Under the pieces are notes generated by a model, which saw only the letters and a program-made list of their open reading frames with translations, ran no database searches and was not told the origin of the DNA. From Bdellovibrio sp. (GTDB lineage: Bacteria > Bdellovibrionota > Bdellovibrionia > Bdellovibrionales > Bdellovibrionaceae), in NCBI GenBank assembly GCA_046318155.1, contig JBKCUU010000056.1:1-20442 (forward strand): a stretch of 20,442 nucleotides of DNA, given 5' to 3'. The position numbers and the translations under genes were made by a program. Shown here piece by piece: positions 1-8,905 of the stretch. Position 1 is the stretch's first letter; every line of letters begins with the position of its first letter.

Positions 1-842
1 GCATTTGAGCCCGCTTTGATCAAAGCTTTCACGTCTTTCGGAAAGCATGATCCGCCGTACCCAACGCCCGCAAAAATAAAGTGCGGACCAATTCGAAAGT
101 CCGTCCCGATTCCGCGGCGGACTTGTTCGATATCAGCGCCGACTTTTTCGCAAACTCTGGAGAATTCATTCATCAAAGAAATTTTAGTCGCCAGCATTGA
201 GTTGGCCGCATACTTTGTCATTTCTGACGAAAGTGGGTCCATCACCAGCAAAGGGTTGCCGCTTTTCAAAAAGGGCTCGTACAAGCGGCGCATGACATCG
301 GCCGCTTTGTCGGATTCGCAGCCGACAACCACGCGGTTGGGTTTGAGCGCGTCTTCGATCGCGCAGCCTTCACGCAAAAACTCAGGATTTGACACGACAT
401 CGTAGTCGATTTTTGCCGCACGATATTTTAGAACTTCGGCGATCTTATCTTTCACCAGCTTTTGCGTACCCACCGGAACAGTCGACTTGTTGATCACAAC
501 TTTGTAGCCGTTGAGGTGCGTGCCGATCGTTTCGGCGACTTGCAAAACGTATTTGAGGTCAGCCGAGCCATCAACGTCTGAGGGAGTTCCCACCGCGATA
601 AAAACGACGTCAGACTCTTCAACTGCGTGCTTCAGATCGGTTGTAAAAGTGATGCGCTTGGCTTTAATGTTGTTGGTGACTAAATCATCCAGGCCGGGTT
701 CATAAATGGGCGAGATGCCATCTTTGAGTTTGTTGATCTTTTTTTGATCGACATCGGCGCAGATAACTTGATTGCCCATTTCAGCAAAGCAAACACCTGT
801 CACCAAGCCCACATAACCTGTTCCGAAAACTGAAATCTTCAT
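1..842 (-). CDS. ugd: UDP-glucose 6-dehydrogenase (UDP-glucose/GDP-mannose dehydrogenase family), partial: runs off the window start
   Basis: Not in the ORF track. Manual translation from ATG at 842 gives MKISVFGTGYVGLVTGVCFAEMGN (GxGYVG Rossmann motif), PIYEPGL, FIAVGTP, NKSTVPVGT, SNPEFLREG, KYAANSMLATKIS and the catalytic GYGGSCFPKD. A GAGGT RBS lies upstream on the minus strand. Confidence 0.96.
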   Translation of the reverse strand, partial: MKISVFGTGYVGLVTGVCFAEMGNQVICADVDQKKINKLKDGISPIYEPGLDDLVTNNIKAKRITFTTDLKHAVEESDVVFIAVGTPSDVDGSADLKYVLQVAETIGTHLNGYKVVINKSTVPVGTQKLVKDKIAEVLKYRAAKIDYDVVSNPEFLREGCAIEDALKPNRVVVGCESDKAADVMRRLYEPFLKSGNPLLVMDPLSSEMTKYAANSMLATKISLMNEFSRVCEKVGADIEQVRRGIGTDFRIGPHFIFAGVGYGGSCFPKDVKALIKAGSN

Positions 843-861
843 ACGAACCTCGACTTTTAAG

Positions 862-934
862 GCGGGCTAAAAGCCCGCTATTTAAGTAGGGCTAAAAGCC
901 CGCTATTTACAGTCAGGCAAAAAGCCTGTCTTTA
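862..934. repeat. Tandem array of three short hairpin units, period about 25 bp
   Basis: GGGCTAAAAGCCCGCTATTTA occurs exactly at 864-884 and 889-909. A third variant, CAGGCAAAAAGCCTG..TTTA, is at 914-934. Each unit is an inverted repeat around an A-rich loop. Confidence 0.9.
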
Positions 935-984
935 CCTTCAGCGGTGAAAAGGCCTAATATGTCTCAAAGGATTGAGGTCGGGCA

Positions 985-1701
985 ATGAATTCTTGTCTCG
1001 TGATCCCCTGTTATAACGAAGAAAATCGTCTGAAAAGCGACGCGCTCCTGGCTTTTTTGGCACATGCCCCCGATTTTGAACTTTTACTCGTCGACGATGG
1101 GAGTCAGGACGGCACTTGGGACCTCATTCAGAAGCTCACGCTCCAGAATCCAAGGGCTAAAGGCCTGCGGCTCGAAAAAAATCAAGGTAAAGCCGAGGCC
1201 GTCCGTCGCGGCGTGAACCAGGCGCTCCAAAATCCGGATTTGCAGTTTGTTGGCTATTTCGATGCCGACTTGGCCACCCCGCTCGAAGAGTCGCACCGAA
1301 TGACTAAATATTTGAATGAGCAGGCCTTTTACCAAATGATTCTGGGTTCGCGTCTTAAGAAACTGGGAAATCAAATCGACCGCAAATGGTCACGACATTT
1401 GCTGGGCCGCCTGTTCGCAACGGCGGTGGCGCAAATCTTAAAGCTCCCCGTTTACGACACTCAATGCGGCGCCAAACTCTTTCGAGCACCGATCGCCCAT
1501 GAGCTTTTCAAAGAACCTTTCGTCTCACCATGGTTTTTCGATGTCGAAATCTTAGCCCGGCACCTGGCCAACAACGGCAGCGCCAATCAGATCTTTGAGA
1601 TGCCCCTCAAAAAATGGGTGCACCAACCCGGCTCCAAACTCAAACCCAGCGACTACCTCCGAGTCCCCTGGGAACTCCTAAAAATCTGGCACCACTACTA
1701 A
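985..1701 (+). CDS. GT2 glycosyltransferase, dolichyl/polyprenyl-phosphate beta-glucosyltransferase-like
   Basis: VIPCYNEE, VDDGSQDGT, NQGKAEAVRRG, FDADLATP, DTQCGAKLF and WFFDVEIL motifs. GAGG RBS upstream. Confidence 0.92.
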   Translation: MNSCLVIPCYNEENRLKSDALLAFLAHAPDFELLLVDDGSQDGTWDLIQKLTLQNPRAKGLRLEKNQGKAEAVRRGVNQALQNPDLQFVGYFDADLATPLEESHRMTKYLNEQAFYQMILGSRLKKLGNQIDRKWSRHLLGRLFATAVAQILKLPVYDTQCGAKLFRAPIAHELFKEPFVSPWFFDVEILARHLANNGSANQIFEMPLKKWVHQPGSKLKPSDYLRVPWELLKIWHHY

Positions 1702-1704
1702 CCG

Positions 1705-1795
1705 GTGCCTGCTTCCCTTTGCAGAAGCACCGCATCCACAGAATGTAGCTGCTACATTCTGTGGATGCGGTGCTTCTGCAAAGGGAAGCAGGCAC
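1705..1795. repeat. Perfect 45-bp inverted repeat with 1-nt spacer (91-bp palindrome); possible bidirectional terminator or REP-like element
   Basis: 1705-1749 GTGCCTGCTTCCCTTTGCAGAAGCACCGCATCCACAGAATGTAGC is the exact reverse complement of 1751-1795, with centre T at 1750. It lies between two convergent stop codons. Confidence 0.97.
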
Positions 1796-2769
1796 TATTT
1801 TTTGTGGTAGGCCCAGGCTGATGAGAGGATGGTTTGGAGGTCGCTACGCTCGGGTTTCCATCCGAGTTTAGCCAGCGCCTTGGCCGAGTCGGCGACAAGT
1901 TCTGCCGGGTCGCCGGCTCGGCGTGGGGCGCGGTCGAAGGGGATTTCTGTGCCCACCACTTTGCTCGCGGCGGCGATCACCTCGAGAGTGCTGTGACCTG
2001 AACCTGTTCCGAGATTAAACACGTCCCAGGCTTTGCCCGAAGTTTCGAGATGCTCGAGCGCTTTCACATGCGCCGTTGCGAGATCAAAGACGTGAATGTA
2101 ATCGCGCAAGCATGAGCCATCACGCGTGGGATAATCATCGCCAAAGACTTTGATTTTTGAGCCTCCCGGGAGCATCGATTTTAAAACCAGAGGGATCAAA
2201 TGCGTCTCGGGATCATGGTCCTCGCCCAAATCATATTCAGGGCAAGCGCCCGCGGCGTTAAAATACCGAAGCGCCACAGAATTTAACTTCTTGGCCACAG
2301 CTAAATCTTGAAGAACGCGCTCCACCATCAGTTTTGAAGCCCCGTAAGGATTAATCGGAACTTGCGGATGCATTTCGTCGATGGGTAACATCTTCGGATC
2401 ACCATAAGTCGCACAAGTCGAAGAAAACACGAACCTCGAAATTTTATGTTGCACCAAAGTTTGCAGCAGAACGATCGTTTCGCTGACATTGTTTTGATAG
2501 TATTTCAAAGGATCAAGAACTGATTCGCCCACGTAAGCGTACGCCGCAAAATGCAAGACCGATTCAATTTTGTACTTCTGTAAAATGTCGCCGACTAATT
2601 TTGAATCCGAAATCGAGCCTTCGAAGAGTGGTCCCCACTTCACGGCTTCGCGGTGACCGTAAACGAGATTATCGAGGACGATCGGCTGGTAACCTTGGCT
2701 CGCCAAGACAGCGCAGGTGTGACTACCAATGTAGCCGGCGCCGCCGGTGACAAGAACCGCTTTGCTCAT
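1795..2769 (-). CDS. galE: UDP-glucose 4-epimerase
   Basis: VTGGAGYIGSH, HFAAYAYVGESV, FSSTCATYG, YxxxK (PYGASK), LRYFNAAGA, GEDHDPETHLIP and RDYIHV motifs. Confidence 0.97.
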   Translation of the reverse strand: MSKAVLVTGGAGYIGSHTCAVLASQGYQPIVLDNLVYGHREAVKWGPLFEGSISDSKLVGDILQKYKIESVLHFAAYAYVGESVLDPLKYYQNNVSETIVLLQTLVQHKISRFVFSSTCATYGDPKMLPIDEMHPQVPINPYGASKLMVERVLQDLAVAKKLNSVALRYFNAAGACPEYDLGEDHDPETHLIPLVLKSMLPGGSKIKVFGDDYPTRDGSCLRDYIHVFDLATAHVKALEHLETSGKAWDVFNLGTGSGHSTLEVIAAASKVVGTEIPFDRAPRRAGDPAELVADSAKALAKLGWKPERSDLQTILSSAWAYHKK

Positions 2770-3989
2770 GCAGACCTCTCATTTAAAACGCGGGTCTCAT
2801 TGGCCTGCCAGACCACGAGGGACCAAATCAAAATCATCACAAATTTGACTTTCGAATGTTCAAAATTAGCTTCGGTCAGCCCACCTAGAAAAAACGCGAT
2901 CTGAGCTCCGATGCAGCCCAGAATCAAGCCGCGAGCAAAGGGCTCTCGGTCCGAAATTCTGCGATACGTGCGAATGGTCAAAAGAAAAACGGCGCCCAGC
3001 ACGAGCAAATACATCACAAGTCCAATCACACCCGTGCCCGCCAAAAAATGCAGGTACTGGTTGTGCGCGTGGGACTCGATGGTACCCGTGGGCGCACCGA
3101 TCATCCGGTAATAATCGGGGATCATCCGCGTATTCTCACCGTACCCCACACCCAAAATCGGATGGTCCATAAAAATTTTGTAGTGACCGCGCCAAATCCA
3201 TTGGCGCTCATCACCTGACGTCGCCGCCACCGACAGTCGCTCGGCCAGCGTGGGCCAAAACGCCGTCGCCAGCCACAGACCCGCTCCGCCCAAAACCGTC
3301 ATCAAAGATCCAAAACGCCAGTTGTAAACAAAAGCCATCACCAATGTAGCACCCGCCATCGCGATCCACACGCCGCGCGTGAAACTTAAAATCAGCGCAA
3401 CGCCGGTGAGCACCAGCGCGGGCAACAAAAACTTGAGGTCAGGAGACTTCCAGTGCAGAGCCAAAAGTGTCGGCCCTACCAGTAAACAAAAATACATTCC
3501 GTACACATGTGCAAAGGTCATCGCGTTTGAAAGCAATCCACCCGTGCGGTGGCCTCCCGACCAAGGTGCCAGATTGTAGTTCGGATTGATCGGATCAAAT
3601 CCTAAAAAGTAAACGACGATCGCGTAAAGTGAACACAATCCCAAAACAATCGAAGCCGCGACTTGCGCCTTGGGACGAATGCCTATCTCGCAAAGAGCCC
3701 AAGCCAAACAGTAAAAAATAAAAATCCAACGAAACTCCAAAAGACGAGCCAACCAATCGGTGTTTGACAAGGGCGAAAACGCAAAGCTGAGCCCGATGAC
3801 GATCAACCAAACTAGAAACAATTTTTCAAGACCAACGGGGCGTAAACAAGAGCGCAGACTTTCTCCGGCCCGAACGCGCTTTAGAATTTTAAAGATGACA
3901 GCCAAACAAAACAGCGTGGCAAAAAGATCCATCGCCGACTGGCTCGCCAGTGTTGCCACCGCAAATAAAGTCACAAACCAAAACATCAT
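2766..3989 (-). CDS. O-antigen ligase family (WaaL/Wzy_C domain) membrane protein
   Basis: Many hydrophobic segments; LSFTRGVWIA, HPILGVGYG and HAHNQYLHFLAGTGVIG motifs. ATGA overlaps with both neighbours. Confidence 0.9.
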   Translation of the reverse strand: MMFWFVTLFAVATLASQSAMDLFATLFCLAVIFKILKRVRAGESLRSCLRPVGLEKLFLVWLIVIGLSFAFSPLSNTDWLARLLEFRWIFIFYCLAWALCEIGIRPKAQVAASIVLGLCSLYAIVVYFLGFDPINPNYNLAPWSGGHRTGGLLSNAMTFAHVYGMYFCLLVGPTLLALHWKSPDLKFLLPALVLTGVALILSFTRGVWIAMAGATLVMAFVYNWRFGSLMTVLGGAGLWLATAFWPTLAERLSVAATSGDERQWIWRGHYKIFMDHPILGVGYGENTRMIPDYYRMIGAPTGTIESHAHNQYLHFLAGTGVIGLVMYLLVLGAVFLLTIRTYRRISDREPFARGLILGCIGAQIAFFLGGLTEANFEHSKVKFVMILIWSLVVWQANETRVLNERSA

Positions 3990-4654
3990 ACGGTCCCCAC
4001 CTTCGGCACAATCACTTCATCCAACGTGTTGATCATCACGTACTGAAAGTGACCCGCTTTGTGCCGGTCCAACTTGGCCAGCCAGCCCGCAAGGTCTTTG
4101 ATTTCCTCTGCCATCAGATCAGAATTCAAAAAATAAAATTTCGAAAGTCCCGCGTGGTGAGCGGCCGCCAGATCAGTGATGCGGTCACCAATCATGACGG
4201 AGCCAGGCAAATCTAAACCGAGAGCCGAGGCTGCGGCCAGCAACATGCCGGGATTGGGCTTGCGAAAATGATCGTCCCAGAGACCTTTTTGTTTAACGCC
4301 CCGAGTTTCGAATTCAAATTCAGGAGCGGCATAAGGACTTTGCTCCGCGGTCTTGAAAAAAGGCGCAAAGAAAATTCGGTCGAGCTTGGCACCTGCTTTT
4401 TCGAGCAGCTCGATCATGCGAAGGCTCACGGATTTGTAATTCTCGAGCGTGATCCACGTGCGGCCAATCCCGGATTGATTGGTCACCACGACAACTGCCA
4501 CGCCGGCTTGATTGGCGCGCTTGATGAGCTCGGCGGCCCCTGGAATCAAGCGAACGACGCCCGCGTCTTTGAGATAGCCGGCGTCGTGAATGATCACGCC
4601 GTCGCGGTCAAAAAAAAGGGCAGGCCGAAGTTGCGGAGTCAGTCTCTGAATCAT
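3986..4654 (-). CDS. gmhB: HAD-IIIA phosphatase, D-glycero-D-manno-heptose-1,7-bisphosphate phosphatase (GmhB)-like
   Basis: FFDRDGVI (motif I), VVTNQSGIGR, RKPNPGML and MIGDRITD motifs. The Zn-binding cysteines are absent. Confidence 0.85.
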   Translation of the reverse strand: MIQRLTPQLRPALFFDRDGVIIHDAGYLKDAGVVRLIPGAAELIKRANQAGVAVVVVTNQSGIGRTWITLENYKSVSLRMIELLEKAGAKLDRIFFAPFFKTAEQSPYAAPEFEFETRGVKQKGLWDDHFRKPNPGMLLAAASALGLDLPGSVMIGDRITDLAAAHHAGLSKFYFLNSDLMAEEIKDLAGWLAKLDRHKAGHFQYVMINTLDEVIVPKVGTV

Positions 4655-4784
4655 TGTCCCTGGAATTTACTCTTTGCTGGTTTTTTCGTCTAACGCTAAC
4701 GTCACCAGAGGCGCCCTCCGGCCTTGCGTCAAACGCGTTCATTCAATGATCGCGGGCCCATTTTAAGGCATAACTCGGTGAGAG

Positions 4785-6227
4785 ATGCCTTCACGACTGC
4801 AAAAACTCCTGATTCTAAGTTCAGATTTGCTCGCCCAAGTGGTTGCCTACGCCCTCGGCTCCTGGGCCTTGGCTATTTACGGCCAGTACTCATCCTTTGA
4901 GGCCCTCGAAGTTTGGTGGGTGACCACAGGTTCGATGCATACGCTGGTGCAGGCTTTGTTTGCATCACTTGTCCTCATTCGTTTTTACATGAAGGGTTTG
5001 CACTCAAAGCGCCTGCCGTTTTGGGATGAACTTCGCCAAATTCTACTCACGGTAATTTATTTGGCCGCTTTAAATGGCATCGTTGTTTTGATTGCGAAGT
5101 GGCCTTTTTCGCGAGTGCTGTGGCTGACAAGTTGGAGCCTCTGCCTGTTGTTGATCCCCTGGTTCCGAAGCCTCACGCGCCGATTGCTCGTGCGTCTTGG
5201 CTTGTGGGCGCGGCCCACGGTCATCATCGGCGCGGGAGACACGGCTTGGTCGACGATGACGGCCTTAAAAAGTGAACCGGGTCTTGGTTTTGAAGTTCTC
5301 AAATTTTTGGTCCTCGAAAATAGCATCGATGCGGGGCTCAAGTCGTCGGGGTACAAAATCGAGCAGGTGCAAAAAGAGGAGCTCGTCTCTTCGCTGCTCA
5401 AGCTCAAAGACGAAAATCCCAATCTTCAAGTCATCATCGCGCTCGAACAGTCCGACAGCCAATCGGCTTCGATGCTGCTTGAACGCCTGAGTTTATTTTT
5501 TAATGACGTGTATTTGGTGCCTTCGCTCGTCGGTCTCCCCCTCTTTGGCATGGACGCACAGCACTTTTTTAGTCACGAAGTTCTGCTCTTGCGCAGCAAG
5601 AACAACTTAGGCTTTCGCCCTCAGTACGTGATGAAGCGCACGTTTGATTTGGTCGCCGCGGGTTTGGGTTTGATCGCGATCTCCCCACTTTTGCTTTGGA
5701 TCGCGCTCAGCATTCGCAAATCAGGGCGCGGGATTTTATTTCGTCAGCCGCGAGTGGGACATAAGGGTCAGACGTTTTACTGCTTTAAATTTCGCACCAT
5801 GGTCCCGGATGCCGAAAAAGTTTTAAACGATCTGCTCGAGCGCGACCCCGTCGCCAAAAAAGAGTGGCTTGAGAAAACAAAAATCACCAATGATCCGCGC
5901 GTGACGCCGATCGGTCATTTTTTGCGCAAGACAAGCCTGGATGAGCTTCCGCAGCTGATCAATGTTTTGACGGGAGATATGAGTTTGGTGGGCCCTCGTC
6001 CGATCTTGCTTCATGAAGTTGAAAAATATGGTCCTCGTCTTTCGTTTTACAAAAACGTCAAGCCCGGCATCACGGGGTTGTGGCAAGTGAGCGGACGCTC
6101 GGACACCGAGTACTCGAACCGTGTTCACCTCGACACCTGGTACGTCAAAAATTGGTCGCTCTGGTACGACATCGCCATTCTCTTCAAAACCGTGCGCGTG
6201 GTGTTTAAACGCGAAGGGGCTTACTGA
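4785..6227 (+). CDS. wbaP: Undecaprenyl-phosphate galactose phosphotransferase (initiating sugar transferase)
   Basis: N-terminal TM helices, KRLPFWDEL, and a C-terminal Bac_transf domain ([73 protein letters not shown]). Confidence 0.93.
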   Translation: MPSRLQKLLILSSDLLAQVVAYALGSWALAIYGQYSSFEALEVWWVTTGSMHTLVQALFASLVLIRFYMKGLHSKRLPFWDELRQILLTVIYLAALNGIVVLIAKWPFSRVLWLTSWSLCLLLIPWFRSLTRRLLVRLGLWARPTVIIGAGDTAWSTMTALKSEPGLGFEVLKFLVLENSIDAGLKSSGYKIEQVQKEELVSSLLKLKDENPNLQVIIALEQSDSQSASMLLERLSLFFNDVYLVPSLVGLPLFGMDAQHFFSHEVLLLRSKNNLGFRPQYVMKRTFDLVAAGLGLIAISPLLLWIALSIRKSGRGILFRQPRVGHKGQTFYCFKFRTMVPDAEKVLNDLLERDPVAKKEWLEKTKITNDPRVTPIGHFLRKTSLDELPQLINVLTGDMSLVGPRPILLHEVEKYGPRLSFYKNVKPGITGLWQVSGRSDTEYSNRVHLDTWYVKNWSLWYDIAILFKTVRVVFKREGAY

Positions 6228-7336
6228 TGAAAGTGGTGCTACTGCACGACTGGCTCACGGGCTACCGCGGTGGTGAGCGCGTGCTGGATGCTCTGTGTGA
6301 ACTTTATCCCGAGGCACCGCTCTACACCCTTGTCCATGTGCCGGGTTCAAGTTCGCCGCGCATCGAAGAGCGCAAGATCACGACCTCGTTTATCAATCAG
6401 ATTCCAGGTGCCGAGACGAACTACCGTAAATTTTTGCCTCTCTTTCCAAAAGCCGCCGAGCATCTAAAAATTGTGGAGAAAGCCGACTTGGTTCTCTCCA
6501 GCAGTCACTGCGTGATCAAAGGTGTGCAAAAGCCCAAGGGTGCTCGGCACATTTCTTATATTCACAGTCCGATGAGATATTTGTATGACCAATTCGACAC
6601 TTACTTTGGTCCGGGCACACCGCTTGCGCACCGCTTGGGCATGAAGGCCTTTCGCGGCTACCTAACGAACTGGGATCTCCACAGCAATCGCAATGTTGAT
6701 ACGATGATTGCCAATTCCTCGTTCGTGGCCGAGCGGATCCGGCGCATCTACGGGCGCCCTAGTCAGATCATTCACCCTTTTGTTGATCTGTCGGACTTTA
6801 GGACTTTGCAAGGCAACCCGCCGGCAAAACAAAACTTTGATTTGGTCTTATCGGCCTTTGCGCCGAACAAACGCATCGACCTCGCCGTCCACGCCTACAA
6901 TGAGTCGGGCCGGAGTCTTAAAATCGTAGGCTCTGGTCAGCTCGAGCGCGAGCTCAAAGCCGCGGCCGGGCCTAATATCGAATTTTTAGGCAACCTCTCA
7001 AGGTCCGAGGTCTTGCAGCAGTTGTTCGAGGCGCGCGCGTTGATCTTTCCGGGCGTTGAGGATTTTGGAATTACCCCCCTCGAAGCCTTAGCGGCTGGGA
7101 CTCCCGTCGTGGCCTACTCGAAAGGGGGCGTTCTCGAGACTTTGACGCCAGAACCGGCCGAGTTTTTTGATGAGGCCGCGCCCGAGTCGCTGGCAAAGGC
7201 GCTATCGCGGCTTGAATCAAGATCCTTCGAAATTTCGCGGCTGCACCAGCAAGCCGAAAAGTTCTCGCGGACCCGCTTTTTAACTCAGATGCGTGAGATG
7301 ATCGAAGCCGAGATGGCTTTTGCCAAATCGAATTAA
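6227..7336 (+). CDS. GT4 glycosyltransferase (WbaZ-like, often a mannosyltransferase)
   Basis: HDWLTGYRGGERVL, YIHSPMRY and the EDFGITPLEA Ex7E motif. TGATG coupling to wbaP. Confidence 0.92.
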   Translation: MKVVLLHDWLTGYRGGERVLDALCELYPEAPLYTLVHVPGSSSPRIEERKITTSFINQIPGAETNYRKFLPLFPKAAEHLKIVEKADLVLSSSHCVIKGVQKPKGARHISYIHSPMRYLYDQFDTYFGPGTPLAHRLGMKAFRGYLTNWDLHSNRNVDTMIANSSFVAERIRRIYGRPSQIIHPFVDLSDFRTLQGNPPAKQNFDLVLSAFAPNKRIDLAVHAYNESGRSLKIVGSGQLERELKAAAGPNIEFLGNLSRSEVLQQLFEARALIFPGVEDFGITPLEALAAGTPVVAYSKGGVLETLTPEPAEFFDEAAPESLAKALSRLESRSFEISRLHQQAEKFSRTRFLTQMREMIEAEMAFAKSN

Positions 7337-7574
7337 AGTCATTTATGATCCAAAAATCCTTGTTTTTAACCCCTTGTCAAAAAAACAGTCGTTTTTTTTA
7401 GCCTCTACGGTAACCCTTTTCGTGTGCCGCCTTTTGGTCAGTTTTTGGCTGAATGGGCTTAAAAATGAAGAAAGTCCCTGTCAGATCTTGGACAGTGCCG
7501 CAAATCGGTCAAGTCGTTTAGTTTAGTCCTTCGATGACTCCCCCAAAAGAGTCAGTAGCCCGGAGGATGTGCTC

Positions 7575-8885
7575 ATGAGTTTAAAAGTTGTACAAGCCAC
7601 CCATCGGTTTGGACTAAAACCCTTGCTCGGCATGTCGATCGTTTTGGCGCTCTCTGGCTGCGCGTTCAAAAAAGACAGTGATAAGAAATCCGAGCCCGCG
7701 CCCAATCCCACCGTTGTCTTGCAGAATGCCGAAGGTGATGTGATTTCGGAAACTGAACTGCAAGTGCAAATGATCCCGCAAGAGCCGCATCAATATCTGG
7801 CCAGGGTCTCTTGGCCCGAAGGGCGCAAGGCAACCATCGAAGTGATGTACTACAAAAACCCCCAGAACATTGCCGTCAACCAACCACCTGATGAAGATAC
7901 AGTTGATGCCTCTGTGATTAACACGTTCGATTTTCCATGCCCCAGTCGGGCTAAAATCAATATTCGATTGAATGTGCGTTCGAAGGGTTTTGGACCAAGC
8001 AACACCATTCGCAAGCAAATCGTTTGTCCGATTGATCATACAGTCGAGCATGCTTCTGAATCGACGAATGCTCTTCCTCGAGTTTTTAATGGTCGTCTAT
8101 TTTTTAAAAATGGGGCGAGATTGCAAGTCGGACTTGATTTCCTTGAGCTCAACCTGATCGGTATTCATGTTGAAGGCACCGCCACGATCGAGTCAAAATG
8201 GACGGCCGACAATCCAAGCAAAAAACCTCAAATTAAGATCAAGGCACAGAGTGCCAGCGGCAATCTTGAGTTGCTCCTGCAAGGGCATGACGGACGCCAA
8301 GGCGAATCCGGCGAAGAAAAAAAGTTCTACGAGTCTTTCAAAAAACTTCTGGCTCAGAACGTGATGGCCAAAGGTGCTAAAGGCTCCTCGGGTAATTCGG
8401 CCGAGTCCTGCCGGCCCGCCCCCCGTGGTGAGCCGCCCATTTGCAAAACGGTCTGCACGCGCACACCTGGCAACGGCGGCCCCGGCACCGACGGCGTCGT
8501 CGCCGGACCCGATGGTGAAAATGGCGGCAACTCAAGCCCAACGCCGCCAGCACACATCGAAATTGAAACTCCGCTCAATTTTAAATTGATCGCCTTGATC
8601 AAGCACGGCACCCCTGGCAAGGGCGGCGCTAAAGGACTTGGTCAAAAAGGCGGCCCCGGTGGTGACCCTGGTGATCTCGACATCGACCGCGCTTGTCCCC
8701 ATGCGAGCGCAGGTCCCGCGGGTAAAAATGCGCCCGACGGTAAAGACGGCGAAGATGGCCAGACAGGCAAGTGCGGAGCTCTGATCCTTTCGGCAAACCT
8801 TGAGCCCTTAACTGCCGTCTCGAATATAGGCCATCAAAAATGGCGCTGCGGTGTCGACGAGACATTTCTGCAGCTCTTGAAATAA
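7575..8885 (+). CDS. Lipoprotein with interrupted Gly-X-Y ('collagen-like') C-terminal region
   Basis: GGAGG at 7562-7566 places the start at ATG 7575. Lipobox LALSG-C. Gly-X-Y runs: GHDGRQGESGEE, GNGGPGTDG, GTPGKGGAKGLGQKGGPGGDPGD, GKDGEDGQTGKC. Eight further Cys. Confidence 0.88.
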   Translation: MSLKVVQATHRFGLKPLLGMSIVLALSGCAFKKDSDKKSEPAPNPTVVLQNAEGDVISETELQVQMIPQEPHQYLARVSWPEGRKATIEVMYYKNPQNIAVNQPPDEDTVDASVINTFDFPCPSRAKINIRLNVRSKGFGPSNTIRKQIVCPIDHTVEHASESTNALPRVFNGRLFFKNGARLQVGLDFLELNLIGIHVEGTATIESKWTADNPSKKPQIKIKAQSASGNLELLLQGHDGRQGESGEEKKFYESFKKLLAQNVMAKGAKGSSGNSAESCRPAPRGEPPICKTVCTRTPGNGGPGTDGVVAGPDGENGGNSSPTPPAHIEIETPLNFKLIALIKHGTPGKGGAKGLGQKGGPGGDPGDLDIDRACPHASAGPAGKNAPDGKDGEDGQTGKCGALILSANLEPLTAVSNIGHQKWRCGVDETFLQLLK

Positions 8886-8905
8886 GGCCGCGCCCCTAGC
8901 TCCAT

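Noticed and set aside
16..705. Plus-strand ORFs 16-405 and 511-705
   Set aside because: Antisense shadows of ugd, which is clearly encoded on the minus strand.
862..934. Mini-CRISPR interpretation of the hairpin repeats
   Set aside because: Only about 4 nt lie between repeats, so there are no spacers, and no cas genes are visible.
4610..4617. A8 tract in gmhB as a phase-variation switch
   Set aside because: The frame is intact, the run is explained by Leu-Phe-Phe codons, and A/T runs of 7-8 are common in this window.
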